From positions 1 through 48,983 of the IMG/VR virus record IMGVR_UViG_3300032144_000016: DNA of 48,983 bases; one strand, 5' to 3'. The notes under the pieces are model-generated. The model had not been told where the DNA came from and did no database searches. It worked only from the letters and a program-made list of their open reading frames with translations. This DNA comes from a virus. Shown here piece by piece: positions 33,631-41,042 of this stretch (position 1 is its first letter; every line of letters begins with the position of its first letter). The translations under genes were made by a program, and so were the position numbers.

Positions 33631-35309
33631 TCTGCTCTCCCTAGGAGCTGGTTCAGCATGCTTGGGTCGATGCCCTTTCTGCCCCAGCCCTTTGCTTTGA
33701 TGTAGGTGATGGCCTTGCTAGCGCCATCGAATGTCACACTGTTATCGAAGATACCATACTGCCCCAAGAGGCGCATCTGCTTCAGCGACGCAAGCCCCTG
33801 CTCCTGGCGCTGCCGCATCGAGTCAAGTAGCTTGCTCGCTGAGCGGCGGTCGAGCTTACCCAGAGTCTGCTCGTCGACGCCTCGAGCGCGGAGCAACACC
33901 ACCTGTTTCTCTGTTGGGGGCTTCACCCCATAGCGTGCGCCCACGCGGTCTTCGCCGAGGTCGACATCAAGCACCTTGAACGGGTCGAAGCTCGTGACCG
34001 TCGCCTTCACCGTGGAGGTCGACTCGCGCACCAGCGCTTGCAGCCTCGCTCTGGACTCGCGAAGCGCCTCGAGCGGGTCGTACTCTCCACCTTCTCCAGC
34101 GGCCACCGCTGCCTTCTTGGCCTCCTTCAGCTCGGCCTCGGTGTAGTCGCCGCCGAGCAGGTCCTCCGGCGTCACCAGGCTGTGGCGCCCAGCGTTGCCT
34201 ACGAAGTTGAGCAGGCGGCAGTTAGGTTTGGCGCTCATCCTGATGAGCATGCGCCGCTGAGCCGCGTCAGCCTGGCGGGGGAGGTGGTCAACGATTCCCG
34301 GCAGCACGCGGAGCCCGCGCCCTACGCCCTGGGCAAACATCCAGCGGGACTTGGTAGGGCGCGCCCAGCCGATGAACTCGACCCGTGGCGCGTCGAAGCC
34401 CTCAACGGCGATGCCGACCTGGCACAGGTACTGGTACCTCCCCGCCTTGAACTCGCTCATCATCGTGCGCCGCTCGTCCGGGTCGGTGCCGCCGTGGACG
34501 AAGCAGGCACTGCCCGGCTTGATGGCGTTGAAGCGGTCGCAGGCGGCCTCCGCCGAGATGATGCCCGGGAAGAAGAGCACGCCGCAGGAGTCTGGTTCGA
34601 GCTCGAGGACCTTCTGCACGATGCCTTCGATGCCCTGCAGGATGGCGAGGTCGAGCTCCCCCTGGGCCAGGTCGCCCTGCGAGAGCGACACGTGGCTGAT
34701 GTCAACCTCCTGGATGTTCACGTTGCGGGCGTCGACCGGCACGAGGTAGCCCGCGTCGATGCCGTCCACGATGTCCATGACGTAGGCGACTTCATCGAAT
34801 ACCTGCCCCAGCGCCTTCTCGTCGCCGCGGTCAGGCGTCGCCGTCATCCCCATCTTCTTGCAGGGGAAGAAGTCGAACACCTTCCTGAAGGTCGGGGCAA
34901 GAATTCGGTGGATTTCGTCCCCTATCAAGAGTTGGAACTTGTCGCGCCCGAACCTGTTTAGACGACGATCCTGCGTGATGCTCTGGAACGACGCGCTCAC
35001 CACACCGGCATAGTGCGGAGCCTTCAGGTCGCCCTGTTCGATGTAGCACTGCTCACCGAGCACCGACTCCAACGTCTTTGCGTTCTGCTCAACCAGCTCT
35101 CTCGTGTGAGCCAGTATCAGTATGTTCTCGCCACGAGACCGGTGGATGCGAGCAATCTCCGCCGCCACGAGACTCTTGCCCGTTCCGGTCGCCATCACGA
35201 GCAGCGTGGAGTCGACGCGCGCCAGGGATTCCTCGATGGCCTCGATGGCCTCTACTTGGTAGTAGCGAGGAATCTTCTGAGCGGCTTGGAGCGGAAGGAG
35301 AAGGGTCAT
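33627..35309 (-). CDS. SF2 DEAD/DEAH-box helicase
   Basis: 'PRYYQVEAIEAI', Walker A 'ATGTGKS', 'LLIGDEIHR' (DExH) and 'MTATPDR'. I chose the ATG at 35309 because of ATGA coupling; the longest ORF reaches 35351. Confidence 0.8.
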   Translation of the reverse strand: MTLLLPLQAAQKIPRYYQVEAIEAIEESLARVDSTLLVMATGTGKSLVAAEIARIHRSRGENILILAHTRELVEQNAKTLESVLGEQCYIEQGDLKAPHYAGVVSASFQSITQDRRLNRFGRDKFQLLIGDEIHRILAPTFRKVFDFFPCKKMGMTATPDRGDEKALGQVFDEVAYVMDIVDGIDAGYLVPVDARNVNIQEVDISHVSLSQGDLAQGELDLAILQGIEGIVQKVLELEPDSCGVLFFPGIISAEAACDRFNAIKPGSACFVHGGTDPDERRTMMSEFKAGRYQYLCQVGIAVEGFDAPRVEFIGWARPTKSRWMFAQGVGRGLRVLPGIVDHLPRQADAAQRRMLIRMSAKPNCRLLNFVGNAGRHSLVTPEDLLGGDYTEAELKEAKKAAVAAGEGGEYDPLEALRESRARLQALVRESTSTVKATVTSFDPFKVLDVDLGEDRVGARYGVKPPTEKQVVLLRARGVDEQTLGKLDRRSASKLLDSMRQRQEQGLASLKQMRLLGQYGIFDNSVTFDGASKAITYIKAKGWGRKGIDPSMLNQLLGRAE

Positions 35310-35590
35310 CCAGAGGTGCCGGTCGTGTCGATGACCACTCCGTTGTACCAAGGGCCTTCGCCAGCAAGAGGATGGCCAGGGAGTAGCGGCATACCGTCGA
35401 ACGAATGGTTTCCTGGGAGCCCCCGAGTTCTCTCGAGCAGTCTATCGAAGTCCTCCTTCGTGAACTGAGTCACTTCATCATACATGATGAAGCCATGCCG
35501 ATTCGCTAGGCCTGACCACTGCAGGAACCTCGGGTTTTGCAGCACTCGCAGGATGCTCTCGAGCAGCCTCGCTCTTTCTTGGTCAGTCAT
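35306..35590 (-). CDS. hypothetical protein (94 aa)
   Basis: ATGA coupled on both sides. Confidence 0.5.
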   Translation of the reverse strand: MTDQERARLLESILRVLQNPRFLQWSGLANRHGFIMYDEVTQFTKEDFDRLLERTRGLPGNHSFDGMPLLPGHPLAGEGPWYNGVVIDTTGTSG

Positions 35591-35799
35591 TGTTTCTCCA
35601 GTGGGAAAACGAGCTCGTTGGCGTCGAATGCCCCGAAAGTTGTTTGTCTCGAACTACCGTACCAATCTGAGAACTCTCTACCGAGAGCCCTCAGCGTGCC
35701 CCAAGCCCGCCAGAAGAGCGGCTCACAGAACTCAAACTCACTACCACTCGGCAAGTCTCCGAGCCTGCACGCTAAACCTCTTGTTCTAGTCACCCCCAC
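35587..35799 (-). CDS. hypothetical protein (~68-70 aa)
   Basis: GTG start overlapping the upstream stop. Local GC and GC3 are lower, so the call is weaker. Confidence 0.4.
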   Translation of the reverse strand: MGVTRTRGLACRLGDLPSGSEFEFCEPLFWRAWGTLRALGREFSDWYGSSRQTTFGAFDANELVFPLEKQ

Positions 35800-36542
35800 A
35801 TCTCCTCTTGCAGCATCGCTTCTTTGAACTCACACAGCGGGTGGTCAGCCCCGCGGGACAGCACCACCGGCAGCCTCGTTGACAGGTACTTCGCTGGCAC
35901 GCTCGCCATCTGGCCCTCGAGCAGGACGCCCTTGGTGAAGCACGGCGCGCACTCTGCCATGACCTCCGGTACGCACTTGCAATAGGGGCAGAGGCCGCAC
36001 GGTGTCACGTCCTGGAGTACAGCCACCAAGTCCTTGATGCGTTGAAGCGCTAGCTTCAGCACATCGCTCGGGTAGAAGTCGTCCTTCTTCAACTTGTGAA
36101 GCATGCGCTCCACCTTCGTGGCGTACCACCACGCTTCGTGCATCTGGTCGCTGAGCTCAATGATGTGCTGCACCCAGCTCTCCTCGACCGCCCTGCCGTA
36201 CGTCTCGAAGTAGCCCCGGAGCGCCGCTGCTCGCCTTGCCGCGAGCCCAGCCATGCGCTCTTCCTTCTGTGACCACTTGCGAATCTCCTGGCGCACGTGG
36301 CGCACCGTGACGCCCCGCTCCTCGGCTACCACCTTCAGCGCCTGCTGCTTGGGCCAGTCGAGGGCCCGCCCTGAAGCGCGTAGCTCCTCAGGCGATAGAC
36401 CCTCAATCTCCGAAGCGAAGCGCATCTGGAGTAGGCGAACCCGCTCCGCAAGCAGCGAGCCGAGGGGGGCGTCGCCGGTCACCAGAGTTCTCCGGTGCAG
36501 GACTGCAGTATCGCTACCACGATCGCAACCCACGATAGGCAC
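35790..36542 (-). CDS. hypothetical protein (250 aa) with C-terminal Cys cluster; possible DNA-binding/replication role
   Basis: Contains 'VTPCGLCPYCKCVPEVMAECAPC'. The start is uncertain (GTG 36542 or later). I recognised no family. Confidence 0.5.
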   Translation of the reverse strand: MPIVGCDRGSDTAVLHRRTLVTGDAPLGSLLAERVRLLQMRFASEIEGLSPEELRASGRALDWPKQQALKVVAEERGVTVRHVRQEIRKWSQKEERMAGLAARRAAALRGYFETYGRAVEESWVQHIIELSDQMHEAWWYATKVERMLHKLKKDDFYPSDVLKLALQRIKDLVAVLQDVTPCGLCPYCKCVPEVMAECAPCFTKGVLLEGQMASVPAKYLSTRLPVVLSRGADHPLCEFKEAMLQEEMWG

Positions 36543-36606
36543 CAGACCACGAAACAGGTCGACGAATTGAACCGTGCGCGAAAGAATCCGTCGTCATCCT
36601 TGTTGC

Positions 36607-37698
36607 TCACGAAGCGGCCCTCGCGGAAAGTTCTTCGTTGGCTGCCTCGATGAGGAACTCCAGGTCACGCGCGTCCACGCTCTTGGGGTCGCTCTTGTTG
36701 ATGCGCTTCTCCATCCAGCTGACGAACTTCGGCCCCTTCAGGTCGAGCAGCTTCGCGAGTCGGTGGAGCTCGTCGATGCGGTCCTTCGGTAGCTCGCTCT
36801 CCTCGTGGGCGGGGGTAGGCTTCGGCGGCGGCGCCGGGGTAGTGTCCCGGGGAGCGTCGTCCATCGAGTCTGGTGGCTCCCAGGCATCGCCGCGCTCGAA
36901 GGGGTTGGATTCGCCACGGGCAGCCTTGGAGGCTTGGTACTCGGCTGCGTCGAGCTCGCGCTGCTGCGCGTCGGTAGGCTTGCCGCGGTTCTGGGCCAGG
37001 CGCTCGGCAAAGCTGCCAGCGGGGCGCTGAGCAGGCTTGGGAGGTGGCTCCGAACGGGGTCGCTCCTGGCGCGCAGCGGGCCTCTGCTGCCCTTGGGAAG
37101 GCTTCTCGACCCGTCCGCCCTCCAGCGCCGGCGGGCGCTTCTGGGGCTGATTCTGGGGCGGCGCCTTGGGCTCACGCTCGTCAACCCCGTCGTCATCCAC
37201 GTCCGGGTCAGCGTCCACGCTCAGAATTGCGTTGAGGCTGTAGCGGCGGACGTAGGTAATCTGCTTGCCGCGGTCCTGGTCGTTGCCAGCGCCGTGGAAC
37301 TCGGCGACCGCCTCAACGCACGCACCGTGGCCGCGCACCCAGGTCGTGATGCGGTAGCGCCCCTGGTCGTCCGGCCCGCTCCAAGGCTGCCAGATGGTGA
37401 CGCCGTGCTGAGCCAGCGGCTTGACCACCGCCTCGAGCACGTTGAGCAGTGGCGCCCAGCTGTACTCGTAGGTGCCACGGTCCCGAGTCACCACCTTGGC
37501 CGTGCGCGACTTCGCGATGACGCCGAACTCGAGGCGCGCCAGGGCCATCTCGGTCATGAACTTGTCGATGGCCTCCTGCGTGCCATGCACACGCACGTCC
37601 GAGACGGTTGGCGGCGCGCGCAGGGCAGCGGCCTTGTCGATGATGCCCTCGAGTCGTTCGAGGTCGGATTCCGGGAATGGGGGATAGGGTTCGGTCAC
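36607..37698 (-). CDS. erf: Erf-family single-strand annealing protein
   Basis: 'AKSRTAKVVTRDRGTYEYSWAPLLNVLEAVVKPLAQHGVTIWQ' matches the recalled ERF core pattern (Y.Y..L..vl..v.p.L...G). It has a long Pro/Gln-rich linker and an acidic end. Confidence 0.65.
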   Translation of the reverse strand: MTEPYPPFPESDLERLEGIIDKAAALRAPPTVSDVRVHGTQEAIDKFMTEMALARLEFGVIAKSRTAKVVTRDRGTYEYSWAPLLNVLEAVVKPLAQHGVTIWQPWSGPDDQGRYRITTWVRGHGACVEAVAEFHGAGNDQDRGKQITYVRRYSLNAILSVDADPDVDDDGVDEREPKAPPQNQPQKRPPALEGGRVEKPSQGQQRPAARQERPRSEPPPKPAQRPAGSFAERLAQNRGKPTDAQQRELDAAEYQASKAARGESNPFERGDAWEPPDSMDDAPRDTTPAPPPKPTPAHEESELPKDRIDELHRLAKLLDLKGPKFVSWMEKRINKSDPKSVDARDLEFLIEAANEELSARAAS

Positions 37699-37931
37699 AG
37701 TGCTTCCGCTTCCTCCAGCTCGTCGATGAGCTGGTCTAGTCGTTCATTGATTGCGTCGTGGAGCTGGATGCACTCCAGCGCCTTGGCGCGGCAGATAGGC
37801 GAGGCCCCGAGGTCGTTCACAGTGAGGCGAGCGAGCGCTACGAGGCTGTCGAAGAGCGACTCGGTTTGCCCTTCGGCGAGCTGCTCCACGAGCTTGCCGC
37901 AGAGGTGTTCGACACGTTGTTCTTGAGTCAT
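37695..37931 (-). CDS. hypothetical protein (78 aa)
   Basis: I chose the ATG at 37931 (ATGA coupling with the small ORF upstream). The stop is GTGA-coupled to erf. Confidence 0.5.
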   Translation of the reverse strand: MTQEQRVEHLCGKLVEQLAEGQTESLFDSLVALARLTVNDLGASPICRAKALECIQLHDAINERLDQLIDELEEAEAL

Positions 37932-38068
37932 GGCTTGATGATGCACTCCAGTCCGAAAGCTGCGAGCTCTTCCTTCAGTGCGTGGTTGACGTAGATGGTC
38001 AACAGGCGGCACATGCGCATCCGATGGTGCCAGGCTTTTGCCTTCTGGCGAAACTGCTCGTTGGTCAT
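37928..38068 (-). CDS. small hypothetical protein (46 aa)
   Basis: Not in the ORF track (<60 aa). Sequence MTNEQFRQKAKAWHHRMRMCRLLTIYVNHALKEELAAFGLECIIKP. ATGA coupled at both ends, with high GC3. Confidence 0.5.
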   Translation of the reverse strand: MTNEQFRQKAKAWHHRMRMCRLLTIYVNHALKEELAAFGLECIIKP

Positions 38069-39294
38069 GAATTCACCCATCGGAACTCAGTATACTCCCC
38101 GCCGTTCGTCATGAAACGGTCGATGGTTTCCTCGCCCAGTTCCGCCCTGGCGAGCTTTTGGTTGAAGGACTTGCGTCCGTTGCGCACCGTGGCCCGCCAG
38201 CGCTTCCCCGCTTCCGGGTCTTCGACGCGAACCTTGCCGTGCAGTACGGCCGCTTTGATGTTTTCGATAGCCTGCTCGGCCTGTTGCTTCATGCGCTGAG
38301 CCGCCAGCAGGGCAGCTAGTGCAGTCTCGTCAGTAAGCTGACCGTTGAGCGCTGGGGCGAGCTCGCCCTCGGTGACAGGCGCCATGTGTTCTGGGCAGTT
38401 CAGGCGCTGGTAGCAGCCCTGGCAGTGCGAGCCTGTGACGGCCTCCCCGCGGTTCCGCGCAGCAGCTTCGACCTGCTCCAGGTGGCGCAAGCCCTCAGGC
38501 GAGTCCACACGGTAGATGCGGTCAGCCCAGCGCCATTCGCCCTCCTCTGCAATCCAGAGTCCGGGGCAGTAGGCATCGGCATTGAATACGGCGCACGCCA
38601 TCCAGCAGTAGCAGAGCAACTGAAGCGACTCGGGGCCGTCGAGAGCCGTGAAGCGCGTGCGCTTGATGTCTGCGAGGAACACGACCTTCGTGCCGTCCTT
38701 CGCGTTTACGAGCCAAAGAAAGTCTGCCGTGCCTTCGATGAAAACCAGCGTCGGCATGACGGTAGCTGGGTTCACTGGCGCCCAGCTCTCATAAACCGCC
38801 AGCGGCACTTCCTTCTCCGCATCGTCGTAGCGGAGCAGTGGGCCCTTCGCCGGCTGTGTGTCGGCGGGCTTGTGCCATGACTTCACCAATTCCTGCTCGT
38901 CATCCGTGAGCGACTCCCATTCTCCAGGGGCGAGCGTACCAGCGCAGAGGCCGTGGAATGCGTGCGAGAGGCGCGCGGACTCGCCGGCGCCATGCTCAGC
39001 ACCGAGGCGCGGGGCGAGGCCGCAGTAGCGCGCAATAGGCAGGGAGGAGGGGCGGTTGCCAATCATAGCTTTCTGTGCGTAGTGCCGCACGACTTGGTTT
39101 TTCTGGTAGCGAACGTTCGGAGCGAGGTAGGCAAGCACGTTGTGGGGCTCGCCGTCCACGTCTACCTGGCCGCAGTAGAGTCCGCTGCGATGCGGGTCGA
39201 TGGTGACTGGCTCCCAATCTTGGGAGCGGGAGTCCTGCCAGCGCACACCTAGCTTGAGGCGATACGCTGGCCCGGGTTGGAGTTTAGGCTGCAC
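38065..39294 (-). CDS. Cas4/RecB-family PD-(D/E)XK exonuclease with extra N-terminal ~65-aa module
   Basis: 'EGTADFLW...LADIKRTR...QLLCY' gives the D/ExK/QxxxY motifs, and the Cys cluster is 'RYCG...CQGCYQRLNC'. GTG start. The N-terminal ~65 aa are homologous to the remnant at 39598..39777, and a Met ('MIGNRP') follows that module. Confidence 0.75.
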   Translation of the reverse strand: MQPKLQPGPAYRLKLGVRWQDSRSQDWEPVTIDPHRSGLYCGQVDVDGEPHNVLAYLAPNVRYQKNQVVRHYAQKAMIGNRPSSLPIARYCGLAPRLGAEHGAGESARLSHAFHGLCAGTLAPGEWESLTDDEQELVKSWHKPADTQPAKGPLLRYDDAEKEVPLAVYESWAPVNPATVMPTLVFIEGTADFLWLVNAKDGTKVVFLADIKRTRFTALDGPESLQLLCYCWMACAVFNADAYCPGLWIAEEGEWRWADRIYRVDSPEGLRHLEQVEAAARNRGEAVTGSHCQGCYQRLNCPEHMAPVTEGELAPALNGQLTDETALAALLAAQRMKQQAEQAIENIKAAVLHGKVRVEDPEAGKRWRATVRNGRKSFNQKLARAELGEETIDRFMTNGGEYTEFRWVNS

Positions 39295-39571
39295 GCCTGT
39301 TCCTATTGGGCGAGATCGCGCCGTCGCCGTTGCCGTTGCCGTAGCCGTTGCCGTAGCCGTTGCCGTAGCCGTTGCCGTAGCCGTTGCCGTAGCCGTCGCC
39401 GTTGCCGTAGCCGTAGCCGTTGCCGTAGCCGTAGCCGTCGCCGTAGCCGTTGCCGTTGCCGTAGCCGTAGCCGTTGCCGTAGCCGTCGCCGTTGCCGTTG
39501 CCGTAGCCGTTGCCGTAGCCGTAGCCGTTGCCGTAGCCGTCGCCGTAGCCGTAGCCGATCGGACGGAACAT
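39284..39571 (-). CDS. (Gly-X)n repeat protein 1, X = Tyr/Asn/Asp (95 aa from ATG 39571; 103 aa from ATG 39595)
   Basis: MFRPIGYGYGDGYGNGYGYGNG...NGDGAISPNRNRRAA. All repeat codons are the GC3-preferred GGC/TAC/AAC/GAC. Both termini are conserved with copy 2. Confidence 0.6.
   Translation of the reverse strand: MFRPIGYGYGDGYGNGYGYGNGYGNGNGDGYGNGYGYGNGNGYGDGYGYGNGYGYGNGDGYGNGYGNGYGNGYGNGYGNGNGDGAISPNRNRRAA
39319..39557. repeat. hexanucleotide array (GCCGTW/GCCGTC)n, ~40 units
   Basis: Strict 6-nt periodicity on the + strand; only the 6th base varies (A, T or C, never G). Confidence 0.95.
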
Positions 39572-39597
39572 CAGAGACCCCAGTTCTCTTCTCATGG

Positions 39598-39777
39598 TCA
39601 GGCTTTCTGCGCGTAGTAGCGCATGGGTGAATTCTTCTGGTAGCGCACGTTAGGCGCGAGATACGAGAACACGTTGTGGAGCGCACCGTCCAGCTCGACG
39701 GTACCGAAGTGGAAGCCGCCGGAGAAGTCGATGGTGACGGGCTCCCAAGAGCCGGAGCGCGAGTCCTGCCAGCGCAC
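39598..39777 (-). pseudogene. truncated duplicate of the exonuclease N-terminal module (59 codons from an internal GTG)
   Basis: 'VRWQDSRSGSWEPVTIDFSGGFHFGTVELDGALHNVFSYLAPNVRYQKNSPMRYYAQKA*' aligns with exonuclease residues ~17-76. A 1-nt indel puts the first ~14 homologous codons (KPQLQPGPAF) in another frame, and the GTG start is lost. Confidence 0.55.
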
Positions 39778-39820
39778 GCCTAGCTTGAGGCGAACGCTGG
39801 GCCTGGTTGGAGTTGAGGTT

Positions 39821-40123
39821 TCAGGGGCGCCTGTTTCTGTGGGGCGAGATCGTGCCGTAGCCGTCGCCGTAGCCGTCGCCGTAGCCGTCGCCGTAGCCGT
39901 AGCCGTAGCCGTTGCCGTAGCCGTAGCCGTCGCCGTAGCCGTCGCCGTAGCCGTCGCCGTAGCCGTTGCCGTAGCCGTCGCCGTCGCCGTAGCCGTTGCC
40001 GTAGCCGTAGCCGTTGCCGTAGCCGTAGCCGTAGCCGTAGCCGTAGCCGTTGCCGTAGCCGTTGCCGTAGCCGTAGCCGTTGCCGTAGCCGTCGCCGTAG
40101 CCGTAGCCGATCGGACGGAACAT
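39821..40123 (-). CDS. (Gly-X)n repeat protein 2, X = Tyr/Asn/Asp (100 aa)
   Basis: MFRPIGYGYGDGYGNGYGYG...GDGYGTISPHRNRRP. The ATG overlaps the stop of the upstream 96-aa ORF (TGATG). Confidence 0.65.
   Translation of the reverse strand: MFRPIGYGYGDGYGNGYGYGNGYGNGYGYGYGYGYGNGYGYGNGYGDGDGYGNGYGDGYGDGYGDGYGYGNGYGYGYGDGYGDGYGDGYGTISPHRNRRP
39854..40108. repeat. hexanucleotide array (GCCGTW/GCCGTC)n, ~42 units
   Basis: Same 6-nt periodic array as 39319..39557. Confidence 0.95.
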
Positions 40124-40413
40124 CAGAGACCCCAGTTCTCTGGAACAGGCACGCAGAATATCTCGGCGCCCTCTGGTATGTCGACGTCAGCAATCGGGCG
40201 CAAGTCTACCTTGGGCCCCTTGCCTTGCTCGACCATGGCAGCAAAGCCGATGCTATCCCACTTGAACACATGCAGCGCCCTTGTCAGCAGGATGCGGCCG
40301 TTCGAGCGGGTCACATCGCCCGCGAATATCCAGCCACGGTCAACCACCACCACTGCGCGATTCCCGGCGGCCTGCTTCACATATGTCTCACCATTCACGA
40401 TTACAGTTTCCAC
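40123..40413 (-). CDS. hypothetical protein (96 aa), translationally coupled to Gly-X repeat protein 2
   Basis: GTG start with AGAAAGAG upstream. 'AVVVVDRGWIFAGDV...' looks like a small beta-rich phage family of unknown function. Confidence 0.6.
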   Translation of the reverse strand: METVIVNGETYVKQAAGNRAVVVVDRGWIFAGDVTRSNGRILLTRALHVFKWDSIGFAAMVEQGKGPKVDLRPIADVDIPEGAEIFCVPVPENWGL

Positions 40414-40554
40414 GTTTTCTCTTTCTGGGCGCTAGGCCCGTTCATAGCTGAGAGCCGCAGAACTCCCGGGAAACCCAGGCTCTTACCGACCACCCTGCAA
40501 GGTGGCTGCACTTGGGAGCACGGTTGCAGTCTGTCTCCACTGACACGCTCTCGG

Positions 40555-40596
40555 TCCCGCCCCTGGGAATCGAACCCAGGCGAGGGCGGCTGAAAG
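40555..40596 (-). other. tRNA 3'-half-like element (anticodon-loop to discriminator); not a complete tRNA
   Basis: The minus strand reads CTTTCAG-CCGCC-CTCGC-CTGGG-TTCGATT-CCCAG-GGGCGGG-A. This is canonical tRNA geometry for positions 32-73, including a perfect T arm. No pairing 5' acceptor strand, D arm or 5' anticodon-stem strand lies upstream. Confidence 0.6.
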
Positions 40597-40739
40597 GACT
40601 AGAAACAGCACGCCAGCCGACGGGGAGTGATTATCGAGAAGTGACCTCCTTCCAAGTGTGGCCGCAGGCGCAGCGGACCAGCATGATAGACACGACGCCT
40701 TTTGCCGAAGAGATTCTGCGCTGGATGATTGCCGCGTGG

Positions 40740-40976
40740 CTACAGGTACGGGTCATAGGTGTCCACCATTCCTCCGAGCTTTGCGTCGAGCACGAACCGC
40801 TGGACGTCAGGCTCACTGAATAGCTTCAGGATACCATCCGAGGCCACGGCGCAGTATGGCTTCCCAGAACCAAGGAAACCGTTAGATGCGTAGGAGCGGA
40901 AGACGGACACCTTGAACGTTGCGCCTCTCAGCTCATGGTAGGTGAAGAACCTTCTTGCGATTGGACCTGGCATCAT
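40740..40976 (-). CDS. hypothetical protein (~77 aa), lower-GC moron-like gene
   Basis: A strong GGAAGGAGA precedes ATGATG at 40976/40973. Local GC is lower than in the flanks. Confidence 0.5.
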   Translation of the reverse strand: MMPGPIARRFFTYHELRGATFKVSVFRSYASNGFLGSGKPYCAVASDGILKLFSEPDVQRFVLDAKLGGMVDTYDPYL

Positions 40977-41042
40977 CTCTCCTTCCTGAACGAGGCTACT
41001 ACACGTAGCCAAGTGTTAGCGTTGCGGCGGACAGCCCAGCGG

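Noticed and set aside
38088-38095. The palindromic AGTATACT inside the exonuclease 3' end as another TATACT-type promoter
   Set aside because: There is no acceptable -35 at 16-18 nt in either orientation, and the site lies within coding sequence.
39319-40108. CRISPR array interpretation of the two conspicuous repeat blocks
   Set aside because: The periodicity is 6 nt with no unique spacers. The blocks lie inside ORFs with conserved termini, and no cas genes or leader are present.
39303-40193. Minus-strand (Arg-Leu/Arg-Gln)n ORFs (39303..39686 and 39780..40193)
   Set aside because: They would use the A-ending CTA, CGA and CAA codons throughout. Their starts lie inside other genes and they have no conserved unique termini.
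39200-40435. Plus-strand (Ala-Val)n ORFs (39200..39616 and 39674..40435) and the Arg/Cys/Ser-repeat ORF 39277..39630 as real genes
   Set aside because: They are antisense to the coupled minus-strand gene chain. The Val codon would be mostly GTA, the rarest type in this GC3-rich genome. There is no RBS or coupling. The repeat-to-repeat variation is synonymous in the Ala-Val frame, which I noted, but this is equally explained by Y/N/D alternation on the other strand.
40555-40630. A complete tRNA gene on the minus strand
   Set aside because: The T arm, acceptor 3' strand, variable loop and anticodon-loop geometry are canonical. However, the candidate 5' acceptor strand (CUCCCCG) leaves 2 mismatches and a G-U, there is no acceptable D arm, and the 5' anticodon-stem strand does not pair. 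I call it only a tRNA 3'-half-like element.
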